Shown: in pieces, positions 9,084 through 19,330 of the stretch
How the letters are laid out: the number at the start of each line of letters is the position of its first letter
Position numbering within the stretch: the stretch's first letter is position 1
Source of the DNA: Trypanosoma brucei
Lineage: Eukaryota
Direction: 5' to 3'
NCBI GenBank assembly: GCA_000002445.1
Contig: CP000068.1
Span: 288,001-352,000, forward strand
Length of the DNA: 64,000 bases
Notes under the pieces: generated by a model
Seen by the model: only the letters and a program-made list of their open reading frames with translations
What the model was told of the DNA's origin: nothing
Database searches by the model: none
Made by a program: the position numbers and the translations under genes

Positions 9084-11489
9084 ATGACGAAAGGTGGGAA
9101 AGTAGCTGTGACTAAGGGCTCAGCACAGAGTGATGGTGCTGGTGAGGGAGGGATGAGTAAGGCCAAGTCATCCACTACGTTCGTCGCCACTGGCGGTGGT
9201 TCTTTGCCTGCCTGGGCGCTAAAGGCTGTAAGCACGATTGTGAGTGCAGTGATTCTTATATACTCTGTCCATCGTGCTTACGATATACGACTTACTTCTG
9301 TCCGTCTTTATGGTGAGCTTATTCACGAGTTCGACCCTTGGTTCAATTACCGTGCAACGCAGTACCTCAGCGACAACGGGTGGCGTGCTTTTTTCCAATG
9401 GTACGACTACATGAGCTGGTACCCGCTTGGCCGACCGGTGGGCACAACCATCTTCCCCGGAATGCAGCTTACCGGTGTAGCCATTCATCGTGTGCTGGAA
9501 ATGCTCGGGCGAGGTATGTCCATCAACAATATCTGTGTGTACATTCCTGCATGGTTCGGTAGTATTGCCACTGTGTTGGCTGCTCTCATTGCGTACGAAT
9601 CATCTAATTCGCTCAGTGTCATGGCGTTTACTGCGTACTTTTTTTCCATCGTACCTGCACACCTGATGCGATCAATGGCTGGTGAATTTGACAATGAGTG
9701 TGTTGCAATGGCGGCGATGCTTCTGACGTTCTACATGTGGGTACGATCGTTACGCAGCTCAAGTTCGTGGCCCATTGGCGCTTTAGCTGGTGTGGCATAC
9801 GGGTACATGGTGTCCACGTGGGGTGGTTATATTTTCGTGCTGAACATGGTAGCCTTCCACGCTTCTGTATGTGTACTGCTTGATTGGGCTCGTGGGATAT
9901 ACAGCGTCAGTTTGCTGAGGGCGTATTCACTGTTTTTTGTCATTGGCACTGCCCTTGCGATTTGCGTACCGCCAGTGGAGTGGACGCCCTTCCGGTCGCT
10001 GGAGCAACTGACAGCATTGTTTGTCTTCGTTTTCATGTGGGCACTCCACTACTCGGAATACCTGCGTGAGCGTGCCCGAGCGCCCATTCACTCTTCTAAA
10101 GCACTTCAGATCCGTGCCCGCATTTTCATGGGCACCCTCTCCTTGCTGTTGATTGTGGCAAGTTTGCTTGCCCCGTTCGGATTCTTCAAACCTACAGCGT
10201 ACCGCGTCCGTGCGTTGTTCGTGAAACATACGCGTACCGGAAATCCCCTCGTGGATTCTGTGGCTGAGCATCGGCCGACGACTGCCGGGGCGTATCTGCG
10301 CTACTTTCATGTTTGTTACCCTCTTTGGGGGTGCGGTGGGCTCTCTATGTTGGTATTCATGAAAAAGGACCGCTGGCGCGCCATTGTTTTTCTTGCTTCA
10401 CTTTCCACTGTTACGATGTATTTCAGCGCCCGTATGTCGCGATTACTTCTGTTAGCGGGTCCCGCAGCAACGGCTTGCGCCGGCATGTTCATAGGGGGGC
10501 TTTTTGATCTGGCGCTGTCACAGTTTGGTGATTTGCATAGCCCAAAAGATGCCTCCGGCGATTCCGATCCCGCGGGAGGGTCGAAGCGGGCAAAGGGCAA
10601 AGTTGTTAATGAGCCTTCCAAAAGAGCCATCTTTAGTCACCGCTGGTTTCAACGTTTAGTGCAATCGTTGCCCGTCCCGCTACGACGTGGTATCGCGGTT
10701 GTGGTGCTCGTATGTCTCTTCGCCAATCCCATGAGACACTCATTCGAAAAGTCCTGCGAGAAAATGGCACATGCACTTTCATCTCCAAGGATCATTGCCG
10801 TGACTGATCTACCCAATGGAGAGAGAGTCCTCGCCGATGATTACTACGTGTCGTACTTGTGGCTGCGAAACAATACGCCTGAAGATGCCCGTATTCTCTC
10901 ATGGTGGGACTACGGGTATCAAATCACTGGAATTGGCAATCGCACAACCCTTGCGGACGGTAACACATGGAGTCACAAGCACATAGCAACTATTGGGAAG
11001 ATGCTTACATCCCCTGTGAAGGAGTCACATGCTCTTATACGCCATCTCGCTGATTATGTGCTGATATGGGCCGGTGAGGATCGGGGCGATTTACTTAAAT
11101 CGCCACACATGGCTCGGATAGGCAACAGTGTATATCGCGATATGTGTTCAGAAGACGATCCTAGATGCAGGCAGTTCGGCTTTGAGGGAGGTGACCTCAA
11201 TAAGCCTACGCCTATGATGCAGCGGTCCCTATTATACAATCTGCACAGGTTTGGTACGGATGGCGGGAAGACACAACTGGATAAGAACATGTTTCAGCTC
11301 GCCTACGTGTCAAAGTATGGTTTGGTGAAGATCTACAAGGTGGTGAATGTGAGTGAAGAGAGCAAGGCGTGGGTCGCAGACCCAAAGAACCGCGTATGCG
11401 ACCCGCCCGGATCTTGGATATGCGCCGGCCAGTACCCGCCAGCGAAGGAGATCCAAGACATGTTAGCGAAGCGGTTCCATTACGAATGA
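9084..11489 (+). CDS. STT3A: Oligosaccharyltransferase catalytic subunit STT3, copy 1 (STT3A-like). It is shorter than copies 2 and 3 because of an in-frame TGA.
   Basis: The ORF-track start at 9063 is TTG; the ATG is at 9084 (MTKGGKVAV...). Multi-pass transmembrane protein. The conserved WWDYGYQITGIGNRTTLADGNTW motif (the STT3 WWDYG catalytic motif) and the DK-type C-terminal domain are present. A unique central segment (~10290-10850) differs from copies B and C. Confidence 0.9.
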   Translation: MTKGGKVAVTKGSAQSDGAGEGGMSKAKSSTTFVATGGGSLPAWALKAVSTIVSAVILIYSVHRAYDIRLTSVRLYGELIHEFDPWFNYRATQYLSDNGWRAFFQWYDYMSWYPLGRPVGTTIFPGMQLTGVAIHRVLEMLGRGMSINNICVYIPAWFGSIATVLAALIAYESSNSLSVMAFTAYFFSIVPAHLMRSMAGEFDNECVAMAAMLLTFYMWVRSLRSSSSWPIGALAGVAYGYMVSTWGGYIFVLNMVAFHASVCVLLDWARGIYSVSLLRAYSLFFVIGTALAICVPPVEWTPFRSLEQLTALFVFVFMWALHYSEYLRERARAPIHSSKALQIRARIFMGTLSLLLIVASLLAPFGFFKPTAYRVRALFVKHTRTGNPLVDSVAEHRPTTAGAYLRYFHVCYPLWGCGGLSMLVFMKKDRWRAIVFLASLSTVTMYFSARMSRLLLLAGPAATACAGMFIGGLFDLALSQFGDLHSPKDASGDSDPAGGSKRAKGKVVNEPSKRAIFSHRWFQRLVQSLPVPLRRGIAVVVLVCLFANPMRHSFEKSCEKMAHALSSPRIIAVTDLPNGERVLADDYYVSYLWLRNNTPEDARILSWWDYGYQITGIGNRTTLADGNTWSHKHIATIGKMLTSPVKESHALIRHLADYVLIWAGEDRGDLLKSPHMARIGNSVYRDMCSEDDPRCRQFGFEGGDLNKPTPMMQRSLLYNLHRFGTDGGKTQLDKNMFQLAYVSKYGLVKIYKVVNVSEESKAWVADPKNRVCDPPGSWICAGQYPPAKEIQDMLAKRFHYE

Positions 11490-12202
11490 CCACATCGTTT
11501 CAATCGCCGCAATCGAAGTGACGCTTATTATCGTGCGTATATGCGTCAGATGGGTTAGCCCTGTGAAGATAAATTCGATTTGATGTGACAATGAAATAAG
11601 GTATGGGAAAGGGAGAACAAACTGATAAATGATAAGTGAATGAAGTAAAGTAAGGAAGGCTGCCACTATATGCTTTGAGATTTTCATTTAACTTTATGTG
11701 GAAAAGTTTAGTAAATAATATAACCCCTAAGAAAAGTCGATTGTATTGTGAAATTTTTTTGGTGTAAGAGCGTTGGGAAGAGGTACAAGAGTGGTCTACA
11801 TTTTCAGGCGATCTATGGTGACATCGCCGCTTGTGCTCCCGTAAGTGCGTTAGGTGGAGGTGTGCAGGTGTATCAACCTTGAAGGTTGTTCTCGCGCTGC
11901 GTTTTCCATATATAGTAGTTAACTGTGATGCTGCGCATGACTAATTTTTCTGTTTAGTCACTACACAGTCAGTTGACCTTTTTCCTTTCTGCCACTGTGT
12001 CGGGCGCAGGTTGGTGTTCCACTGGTAACACTCCGTCATAACCAGGCGTGCACGTACCCTCACTCCCTGAAATGTGTGACACCGTGGTAAGGCCAACAAT
12101 ATGTCTTATTGAAATACTTTCTGGTAATGATGTTGTTGAATATATGTATTGTTTGTCCCCAACCGTGTTTGTGAATGCTTCATCTCGCTTGTATGCACTC
12201 GA

Positions 12203-12241
12203 CTCTCCTCTTTCCACCACTCTCCCTAATTTGCTCAACAG
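12203..12241 (+). promoter_or_regulatory. Polypyrimidine tract followed by AG (candidate trans-splice acceptor region) upstream of STT3B. Equivalent tracts lie at 8903-8941 and 15503-15541.
   Basis: ctctcctctttccaccactctccctaatttgctcaacag lies about 140 nt upstream of the ATG. It is repeated exactly in each 3300-bp unit. Confidence 0.5.
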
Positions 12242-12383
12242 TTAAGTCTGTTGTTCATAAAAAACTACGAGGAAAATACGGAACCGGAGGGGCTCGTGAC
12301 CGGTGTTGCTCGCTGAGGGAACCGTGTGTGAGCGAAGTCTAATATAATATCCGATTCGTCCTTTGGGCGTTTCTTTCTGCTTA

Positions 12384-14849
12384 ATGACGAAAGGTGGGAA
12401 AGTAGCTGTGACTAAGGGCTCAGCACAGAGTGATGGTGCTGGTGAGGGAGGGATGAGTAAGGCCAAGTCATCCACTACGTTCGTCGCCACTGGCGGTGGT
12501 TCTTTGCCTGCCTGGGCGCTAAAGGCTGTAAGCACGGTTGTGAGTGCAGTGATTCTTATATACTCTGTCCATCGTGCTTACGATATACGACTTACTTCTG
12601 TCCGTCTTTATGGTGAGCTTATTCACGAGTTCGACCCTTGGTTCAATTACCGTGCAACGCAGTACCTCAGCGACAACGGGTGGCGTGCTTTTTTCCAATG
12701 GTACGACTACATGAGCTGGTACCCGCTTGGCCGACCGGTGGGCACAACCATCTTCCCCGGAATGCAGCTTACCGGTGTAGCCATTCATCGTGTGCTGGAA
12801 ATGCTCGGGCGAGGTATGTCCATCAACAATATCTGTGTGTACATTCCTGCATGGTTCGGTAGTATTGCCACTGTGTTGGCTGCTCTCATTGCGTACGAAT
12901 CATCTAATTCGCTCAGTGTCATGGCGTTTACTGCGTACTTTTTTTCCATCGTACCTGCACACCTGATGCGATCAATGGCTGGTGAATTTGACAATGAGTG
13001 TGTTGCAATGGCGGCGATGCTTCTGACGTTCTACATGTGGGTACGATCGTTACGCAGCTCAAGTTCGTGGCCCATTGGCGCTTTAGCTGGTGTGGCATAC
13101 GGGTACATGGTGTCCACGTGGGGTGGTTATATTTTCGTGCTGAACATGGTAGCCTTCCACGCTTCTGTATGTGTACTGCTTGATTGGGCTCGTGGGACAT
13201 ACAGCGTCAGTTTGCTGAGGGCGTATTCACTGTTTTTTGTCATTGGCACTGCCCTTGCGATTTGCGTACCACCAGTGGAGTGGACGCCCTTCCGGTCGCT
13301 GGAGCAACTGACAGCATTGTTTGTCTTCGTTTTCATGTGGGCACTCCACTACTCGGAATACCTGCGTGAGCGTGCCCGAGCGCCCATTCACTCTTCTAAA
13401 GCACTTCAGATCCGTGCCCGCATTTTCATGGGCACCCTCTCCTTGCTGTTGATTGTAGCTATCTACCTATTTTCGACAGGATACTTCAGGCCGTTTTCTT
13501 CTCGTGTCCGTGCGTTGTTCGTGAAACATACGCGTACCGGAAATCCCCTCGTGGATTCTGTGGCTGAGCACCATCCGGCGTCGAATGATGATTTCTTTGG
13601 TTACCTTCATGTATGTTACAACGGCTGGATAATTGGCTTTTTCTTCATGTCCGTGTCGTGCTTTTTCCATTGTACACCGGGAATGTCGTTCCTGCTGTTG
13701 TACTCTATACTTGCGTACTACTTCTCTCTCAAGATGAGTCGTCTGCTGTTACTTTCTGCACCTGTGGCTTCCATACTCACTGGCTATGTTGTGGGATCTA
13801 TTGTTGACCTCGCAGCAGATTGTTTCGCCGCTTCCGGAACAGAGCACGCCGACAGTAAGGAGCATCAAGGGAAAGCCCGTGGTAAGGGACAGAAGGAACA
13901 AATCACTGTCGAGTGTGGGTGCCATAATCCCTTCTACAAATTATGGTGCAATTCATTTTCCTCCCGCCTGGTAGTTGGTAAGTTTTTTGTCGTTGTTGTC
14001 CTTTCCATCTGTGGACCCACATTTCTTGGGTCTAACTTCCGGATATATTCTGAGCAATTCGCAGACAGCATGTCGAGCCCCCAGATTATAATGAGGGCAA
14101 CTGTCGGTGGACGACGAGTTATCTTGGATGATTACTACGTGTCGTACTTGTGGCTGCGAAACAATACGCCTGAAGATGCCCGTATTCTCTCATGGTGGGA
14201 CTACGGGTATCAAATCACTGGAATTGGCAATCGCACAACCCTTGCGGATGGTAACACATGGAATCACGAGCACATAGCAACTATTGGGAAGATGCTTACA
14301 TCCCCTGTGAAGGAGTCACATGCTCTTATACGCCATCTCGCTGATTATGTGCTGATATGGGCCGGTTATGATGGCAGCGATTTACTTAAATCGCCACACA
14401 TGGCTCGGATAGGCAACAGTGTATATCGCGATATATGCTCAGAGGATGATCCGCTGTGTACGCAGTTCGGGTTTTATAGTGGTGACTTCAGTAAACCTAC
14501 GCCTATGATGCAGCGGTCCCTATTATACAATCTGCACAGGTTTGGTACGGATGGCGGGAAGACACAACTGGATAAGAACATGTTTCAGCTCGCCTACGTG
14601 TCAAAGTATGGTTTGGTGAAGATCTACAAGGTGATGAATGTGAGTGAAGAGAGCAAGGCGTGGGTTGCAGACCCAAAGAACCGTAAGTGCGATGCACCTG
14701 GATCTTGGATATGCACCGGCCAGTACCCGCCAGCGAAGGAGATCCAAGACATGTTAGCGAAGAGGATTGACTACGAACAACTCGAGGATTTCAACCGCCG
14801 CAATCGAAGTGACGCTTATTATCGTGCGTATATGCGTCAGATGGGTTAG
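12384..14849 (+). CDS. STT3B: Oligosaccharyltransferase catalytic subunit STT3, copy 2 (STT3B-like)
   Basis: ATG at 12384 (the track start at 12363 is TTG). 821-aa frame with the WWDYGYQ motif. Full-length C-terminus ...AKRIDYEQLEDFNRRNRSDAYYRAYMRQMG. Confidence 0.9.
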   Translation: MTKGGKVAVTKGSAQSDGAGEGGMSKAKSSTTFVATGGGSLPAWALKAVSTVVSAVILIYSVHRAYDIRLTSVRLYGELIHEFDPWFNYRATQYLSDNGWRAFFQWYDYMSWYPLGRPVGTTIFPGMQLTGVAIHRVLEMLGRGMSINNICVYIPAWFGSIATVLAALIAYESSNSLSVMAFTAYFFSIVPAHLMRSMAGEFDNECVAMAAMLLTFYMWVRSLRSSSSWPIGALAGVAYGYMVSTWGGYIFVLNMVAFHASVCVLLDWARGTYSVSLLRAYSLFFVIGTALAICVPPVEWTPFRSLEQLTALFVFVFMWALHYSEYLRERARAPIHSSKALQIRARIFMGTLSLLLIVAIYLFSTGYFRPFSSRVRALFVKHTRTGNPLVDSVAEHHPASNDDFFGYLHVCYNGWIIGFFFMSVSCFFHCTPGMSFLLLYSILAYYFSLKMSRLLLLSAPVASILTGYVVGSIVDLAADCFAASGTEHADSKEHQGKARGKGQKEQITVECGCHNPFYKLWCNSFSSRLVVGKFFVVVVLSICGPTFLGSNFRIYSEQFADSMSSPQIIMRATVGGRRVILDDYYVSYLWLRNNTPEDARILSWWDYGYQITGIGNRTTLADGNTWNHEHIATIGKMLTSPVKESHALIRHLADYVLIWAGYDGSDLLKSPHMARIGNSVYRDICSEDDPLCTQFGFYSGDFSKPTPMMQRSLLYNLHRFGTDGGKTQLDKNMFQLAYVSKYGLVKIYKVMNVSEESKAWVADPKNRKCDAPGSWICTGQYPPAKEIQDMLAKRIDYEQLEDFNRRNRSDAYYRAYMRQMG

Positions 14850-15683
14850 CCCTGTGAAGATAAATTCGATTTGATGTGACAATGAAATAAGGTATGGGAA
14901 AGGGAGAACAAACTGATAAATGATAAGTGAATGAAGTAAAGTAAGGAAGGCTGCCACTATATGCTTTGAGATTTTCATTTAACTATGTTATGCTGTTGTT
15001 AGGGGTTAGAATCTTTTTTCTTGGTTGCCAATTAGGTATGCATTTCTTTGTATTGGAGAATGTGAGGTAATCTTTTGGGGAGTGACAGCGTTTGGTACAT
15101 TTATCAGGCGATCTATGGTGACATCGCCGCTTGTGCTCCCGTAAGTGCGTTAGGTGGAGGTGTGCAGGTGTATCAACCTTGAAGGTTGTTCTCGCGCTGC
15201 GTTTTCCATATATAGTAGTTAACTGTGATGCTGCGCATGACTAATTTTTCTGTTTAGTCACTACACAGTCAGTTAACCTTTTTCCCTTCTGCCACTGTGT
15301 CGGGCGCAGGTTGGTGTTCCACTGGTAACACTCCGTCATAACCAGGCGTGCACGTACCCTCACTCCCTGAAATGTGTGACACCGTGGTAAGGCCAACAAT
15401 ATGTCTTATTGAAATACTTTCTGGTAATGATGTTGTTGAATATATGTATTGTTTGTCCCCAACCGTGTTTGTGAATGCTTCATCTCGCTTGTATGCACTC
15501 GACTCTCCTCTTTCCACCACTCTCCCTAATTTGCTCAACAGTTAAGTCTGTTGTTCATAAAAAACTACGAGGAAAATACGGAACCGGAGGGGCTCGTGAC
15601 CGGTGTTGCTCGCTGAGGGAACCGTGTGTGAGCGAAGTCTAATATAATATCCGATTCGTCCTTTGGGCGTTTCTTTCTGCTTA

Positions 15684-18149
15684 ATGACGAAAGGTGGGAA
15701 AGTAGCTGTGACTAAGGGCTCAGCACAGAGTGATGGTGCTGGTGAGGGAGGGATGAGTAAGGCCAAGTCATCCACTACGTTCGTCGCCACTGGCGGTGGT
15801 TCTTTGCCTGCCTGGGCGCTAAAGGCTGTAAGCACGGTTGTGAGTGCAGTGATTCTTATATACTCTGTCCATCGTGCTTACGATATACGACTTACTTCTG
15901 TCCGTCTTTATGGTGAGCTTATTCACGAGTTCGACCCTTGGTTCAATTACCGTGCAACGCAGTACCTCAGCGACAACGGGTGGCGTGCTTTTTTCCAATG
16001 GTACGACTACATGAGCTGGTACCCGCTTGGCCGACCGGTGGGCACAACCATCTTCCCCGGAATGCAGCTTACCGGTGTAGCCATTCATCGTGTGCTGGAA
16101 ATGCTCGGGCGAGGTATGTCCATCAACAATATCTGTGTGTACATTCCTGCATGGTTCGGTAGTATTGCCACTGTGTTGGCTGCTCTCATTGCGTACGAGT
16201 CATCTAATTCGCTCAGTGTCATGGCGTTTACTGCGTACTTTTTTTCCATCGTACCTGCACACCTGATGCGATCAATGGCTGGTGAATTTGACAATGAGTG
16301 TGTTGCAATGGCGGCGATGCTTCTGACGTTCTACATGTGGGTACGATCGTTACGCAGCTCAAGTTCGTGGCCCATTGGCGCTTTAGCTGGTGTGGCATAC
16401 GGGTACATGGTGTCCACGTGGGGTGGTTATATTTTCGTGCTGAACATGGTAGCCTTCCACGCTTCTGTATGTGTACTGCTTGATTGGGCTCGTGGGACAT
16501 ACAGCGTCAGTTTGCTGAGGGCGTATTCACTGTTTTTTGTCATTGGCACTGCCCTTGCGATTTGCGTACCACCAGTGGAGTGGACGCCCTTCCGGTCGCT
16601 GGAGCAACTGACAGCATTGTTTGTCTTCGTTTTCATGTGGGCACTCCACTACTCGGAATACCTGCGTGAGCGTGCCCGAGCGCCCATTCACTCTTCTAAA
16701 GCACTTCAGATCCGTGCCCGCATTTTCATGGGCACCCTCTCCTTGCTGTTGATTGTGGCTATCTACCTATTTTCGACAGGATACTTCAGGTCGTTTTCTT
16801 CTCGTGTCCGTGCGTTGTTCGTGAAACATACGCGTACCGGAAATCCCCTCGTGGATTCTGTGGCTGAGCATCGGCCGACGACTGCCGGGGCCTTCCTACG
16901 TCATCTTCATGTGTGTTACAACGGCTGGATAATTGGCTTTTTCTTCATGTCCGTGTCGTGCTTTTTCCATTGTACACCGGGAATGTCGTTCCTGCTGTTG
17001 TACTCTATACTTGCGTACTACTTCTCTCTCAAGATGAGTCGTCTGCTGTTACTTTCTGCACCTGTGGCTTCCATACTCACTGGCTATGTTGTGGGATCTA
17101 TTGTTGACCTCGCAGCAGATTGTTTCGCCGCTTCCGGAACAGAGCACGCCGACAGTAAGGAGCATCAAGGGAAAGCCCGTGGTAAGGGACAAAAGAGACA
17201 AATCACTGTCGAGTGTGGGTGCCATAATCCCTTCTACAAATTATGGTGCAATTCATTTTCCTCCCGCCTGGTAGTTGGTAAGTTTTTTGTCGTTGTTGTC
17301 CTTTCCATCTGTGGACCCACATTTCTTGGGTCTGAGTTTAGGGCTCATTGCGAACGTTTCTCCGTAAGTGTTGCTAATCCGCGTATTATATCGAGTATTA
17401 GGCACTCCGGTAAGTTGGTTCTTGCCGATGATTACTACGTGTCGTACTTGTGGCTGCGAAACAATACGCCTGAAGATGCCCGTATTCTCTCATGGTGGGA
17501 CTACGGGTATCAAATCACTGGAATTGGCAATCGCACAACCCTTGCGGACGGTAACACATGGAATCACGAGCACATAGCAACTATTGGGAAGATGCTTACA
17601 TCCCCTGTGAAGGAGTCACATGCTCTTATACGCCATCTCGCTGATTATGTGCTGATATGGGCCGGTGAGGATCGGGGCGATTTACGTAAGTCACGGCATA
17701 TGGCTCGGATAGGCAACAGTGTATATCGCGATATGTGTTCAGAAGACGATCCGCTGTGTACGCAGTTCGGGTTTTATAGTGGTGACTTCAATAAACCTAC
17801 GCCTATGATGCAGCGGTCCCTATTATACAATCTGCACAGGTTTGGTACGGATGGCGGGAAGACACAACTGGATAAGAACATGTTTCAGCTCGCCTACGTG
17901 TCAAAGTATGGTTTGGTGAAGATCTACAAGGTGATGAATGTGAGTGAAGAGAGCAAGGCGTGGGTTGCAGACCCAAAGAACCGTAAGTGCGATGCACCTG
18001 GATCTTGGATATGCGCCGGCCAGTACCCGCCAGCGAAGGAGATCCAAGACATGTTAGCGAAGAGGATTGACTACGAACAACTCGAGGATTTCAATCGCCG
18101 CAATCGAAGTGACGCTTATTATCGTGCGTATATGCGTCAGATGGGTTAG
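15684..18149 (+). CDS. STT3C: Oligosaccharyltransferase catalytic subunit STT3, copy 3 (STT3C-like). It is a mosaic of A-like and B-like segments.
   Basis: ATG at 15684. The N-terminal 370 aa are identical to B. Segment AEHRPTTAGA matches A, the following YNGWIIGFFFMSVSCFFHC... matches B, and there is a unique stretch SEFRAHCERFSVSVANPRIISSIRHSGKLV. The WWDYGYQ motif is present. Confidence 0.9.
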   Translation: MTKGGKVAVTKGSAQSDGAGEGGMSKAKSSTTFVATGGGSLPAWALKAVSTVVSAVILIYSVHRAYDIRLTSVRLYGELIHEFDPWFNYRATQYLSDNGWRAFFQWYDYMSWYPLGRPVGTTIFPGMQLTGVAIHRVLEMLGRGMSINNICVYIPAWFGSIATVLAALIAYESSNSLSVMAFTAYFFSIVPAHLMRSMAGEFDNECVAMAAMLLTFYMWVRSLRSSSSWPIGALAGVAYGYMVSTWGGYIFVLNMVAFHASVCVLLDWARGTYSVSLLRAYSLFFVIGTALAICVPPVEWTPFRSLEQLTALFVFVFMWALHYSEYLRERARAPIHSSKALQIRARIFMGTLSLLLIVAIYLFSTGYFRSFSSRVRALFVKHTRTGNPLVDSVAEHRPTTAGAFLRHLHVCYNGWIIGFFFMSVSCFFHCTPGMSFLLLYSILAYYFSLKMSRLLLLSAPVASILTGYVVGSIVDLAADCFAASGTEHADSKEHQGKARGKGQKRQITVECGCHNPFYKLWCNSFSSRLVVGKFFVVVVLSICGPTFLGSEFRAHCERFSVSVANPRIISSIRHSGKLVLADDYYVSYLWLRNNTPEDARILSWWDYGYQITGIGNRTTLADGNTWNHEHIATIGKMLTSPVKESHALIRHLADYVLIWAGEDRGDLRKSRHMARIGNSVYRDMCSEDDPLCTQFGFYSGDFNKPTPMMQRSLLYNLHRFGTDGGKTQLDKNMFQLAYVSKYGLVKIYKVMNVSEESKAWVADPKNRKCDAPGSWICAGQYPPAKEIQDMLAKRIDYEQLEDFNRRNRSDAYYRAYMRQMG

Positions 18150-19205
18150 CCCTGTGAAGATAAATTCGATTTGATGTGACAATGAAATAAGGTATGGGAA
18201 AGGGAGAACAAACTGATAAATGACAAGTGAATGAAGTAAAGTAAGGAAGGCTGCCACTATATGCTTTGAGATTTTCATTTAACTATGTTATGCTGTTGTT
18301 AGGGGTTAGAATCTTTTTTCTTGGTTGCCAATTATGTATACATTTATTTTGTGGTTGTTGTTTTTCTTTTTAATATTTTTAGTCTTTTTTCTTCGGTGAC
18401 GTTATTTGTTCGTATTAAATATGTTTGTTGTGCTGGATTCTTGTGGTTTGTGCTACTGTTGCCTGCTACACTTTGTTCATGTTTATTCTTTGTACTTGCA
18501 TTTGCGTACGCATTGATGCATGCATATTTACATGTGTTTGTATATGTTTTTTTTCTAGGTCGTATTTGTTTGTCTGAATGCTTGTGTCTGCTTTGTTTTT
18601 AGTTCTCTCTGTTCTGTTGATTCGAGAGGACTCTGATTTGGCTTCCGCACATCTGATGGTACCTTGTGTTTGTGCTTGTGGAGGTTGCGTATTTACTAGT
18701 GGCATTATCCTTACCCATGTTTCCGTCTTTGAAGTTTACTTACGCTTACTCCTGTGTACCGCTGTATGTGCGGTTGATTTCGAGTCTCTTTTTCAAAAAA
18801 AATTCTGTTATTTTTATTGGTTTCGTTTGGACCATGTGCGAACGAATTGTCATTATCGGCTCCCTTTCCATCTTTTTTTCCGGTTGTTTTGCGCAGTTGT
18901 TAAGCTAATTGTTTTCTTTTAGACTATTTTTTCCCGTGTTGTTAACTTCTGCTATGTTACTTTAACTTCGTGAAGTGTTTCGACTCGAGCGAGAACACCG
19001 TCCGTTTTGACTGCGCATCGAAGTGAATTAAAACATGCATGCAGATGTACTTATGTCCATATCGACACGTATTTAGGGCCTGGTTGTTTAACATGCTCTT
19101 CCCTTTTAGCTATTTATTTTTTCTGCGTATTTCCTCGGTTGCGCCTCAACGCTAGGATCCCTCTAATGTCACGTCTTATCCGCATTTGTGTTCTTTTCTC
19201 GTTAC

Positions 19206-19262
19206 CTGTACACCTACCTTTATTTTCATTTTATCGCATCTTTTCCCCCTTCTCTTTTTTTG
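19206..19262 (+). promoter_or_regulatory. Polypyrimidine tract followed by AG (candidate trans-splice acceptor) for the rhodanese gene
   Basis: A run of about 55 nt of C/T followed by AG dinucleotides, about 65 nt upstream of ATG 19331. Confidence 0.45.
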
Positions 19263-19330
19263 GAGAAGTAGCTTATAGCGGGGAGGTCTCTTTTCCTTCC
19301 TTATTCGATTACACTTCTTCCATTCTCCCG

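Larger units (their letters stand above)
8651..18335 (+). repeat. Head-to-tail tandem array of three units with an exact 3300-bp period (spacer + STT3 gene). The units begin at 8651, 11951 and 15251.
   Basis: The spacers are identical at 8651-9062, 11951-12362 and 15251-15662. The three genes are homologous and their 3' flanks are homologous up to about 18335. Unit starts are spaced by exactly 3300 bp. Confidence 0.9.

Noticed and set aside
8942-9235. 97-aa minus-strand ORF, repeated at 12242-12535 and 15542-15835, plus the other minus or alternate-frame ORFs inside the STT3 units (e.g. 9927-10310, 12928-13200, 8669-8938)
   Set aside because: They lie antisense to, or out of frame within, the strongly supported STT3 genes and spacers. 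They repeat only because the DNA repeats. No motifs and no polycistron-consistent orientation.
18321-18922. Overlapping 80-114-aa ORFs in the T-rich region downstream of STT3C
   Set aside because: Their translations are Phe/Leu/Val low-complexity products of a pyrimidine-rich UTR. There is no ATG context and no motif.
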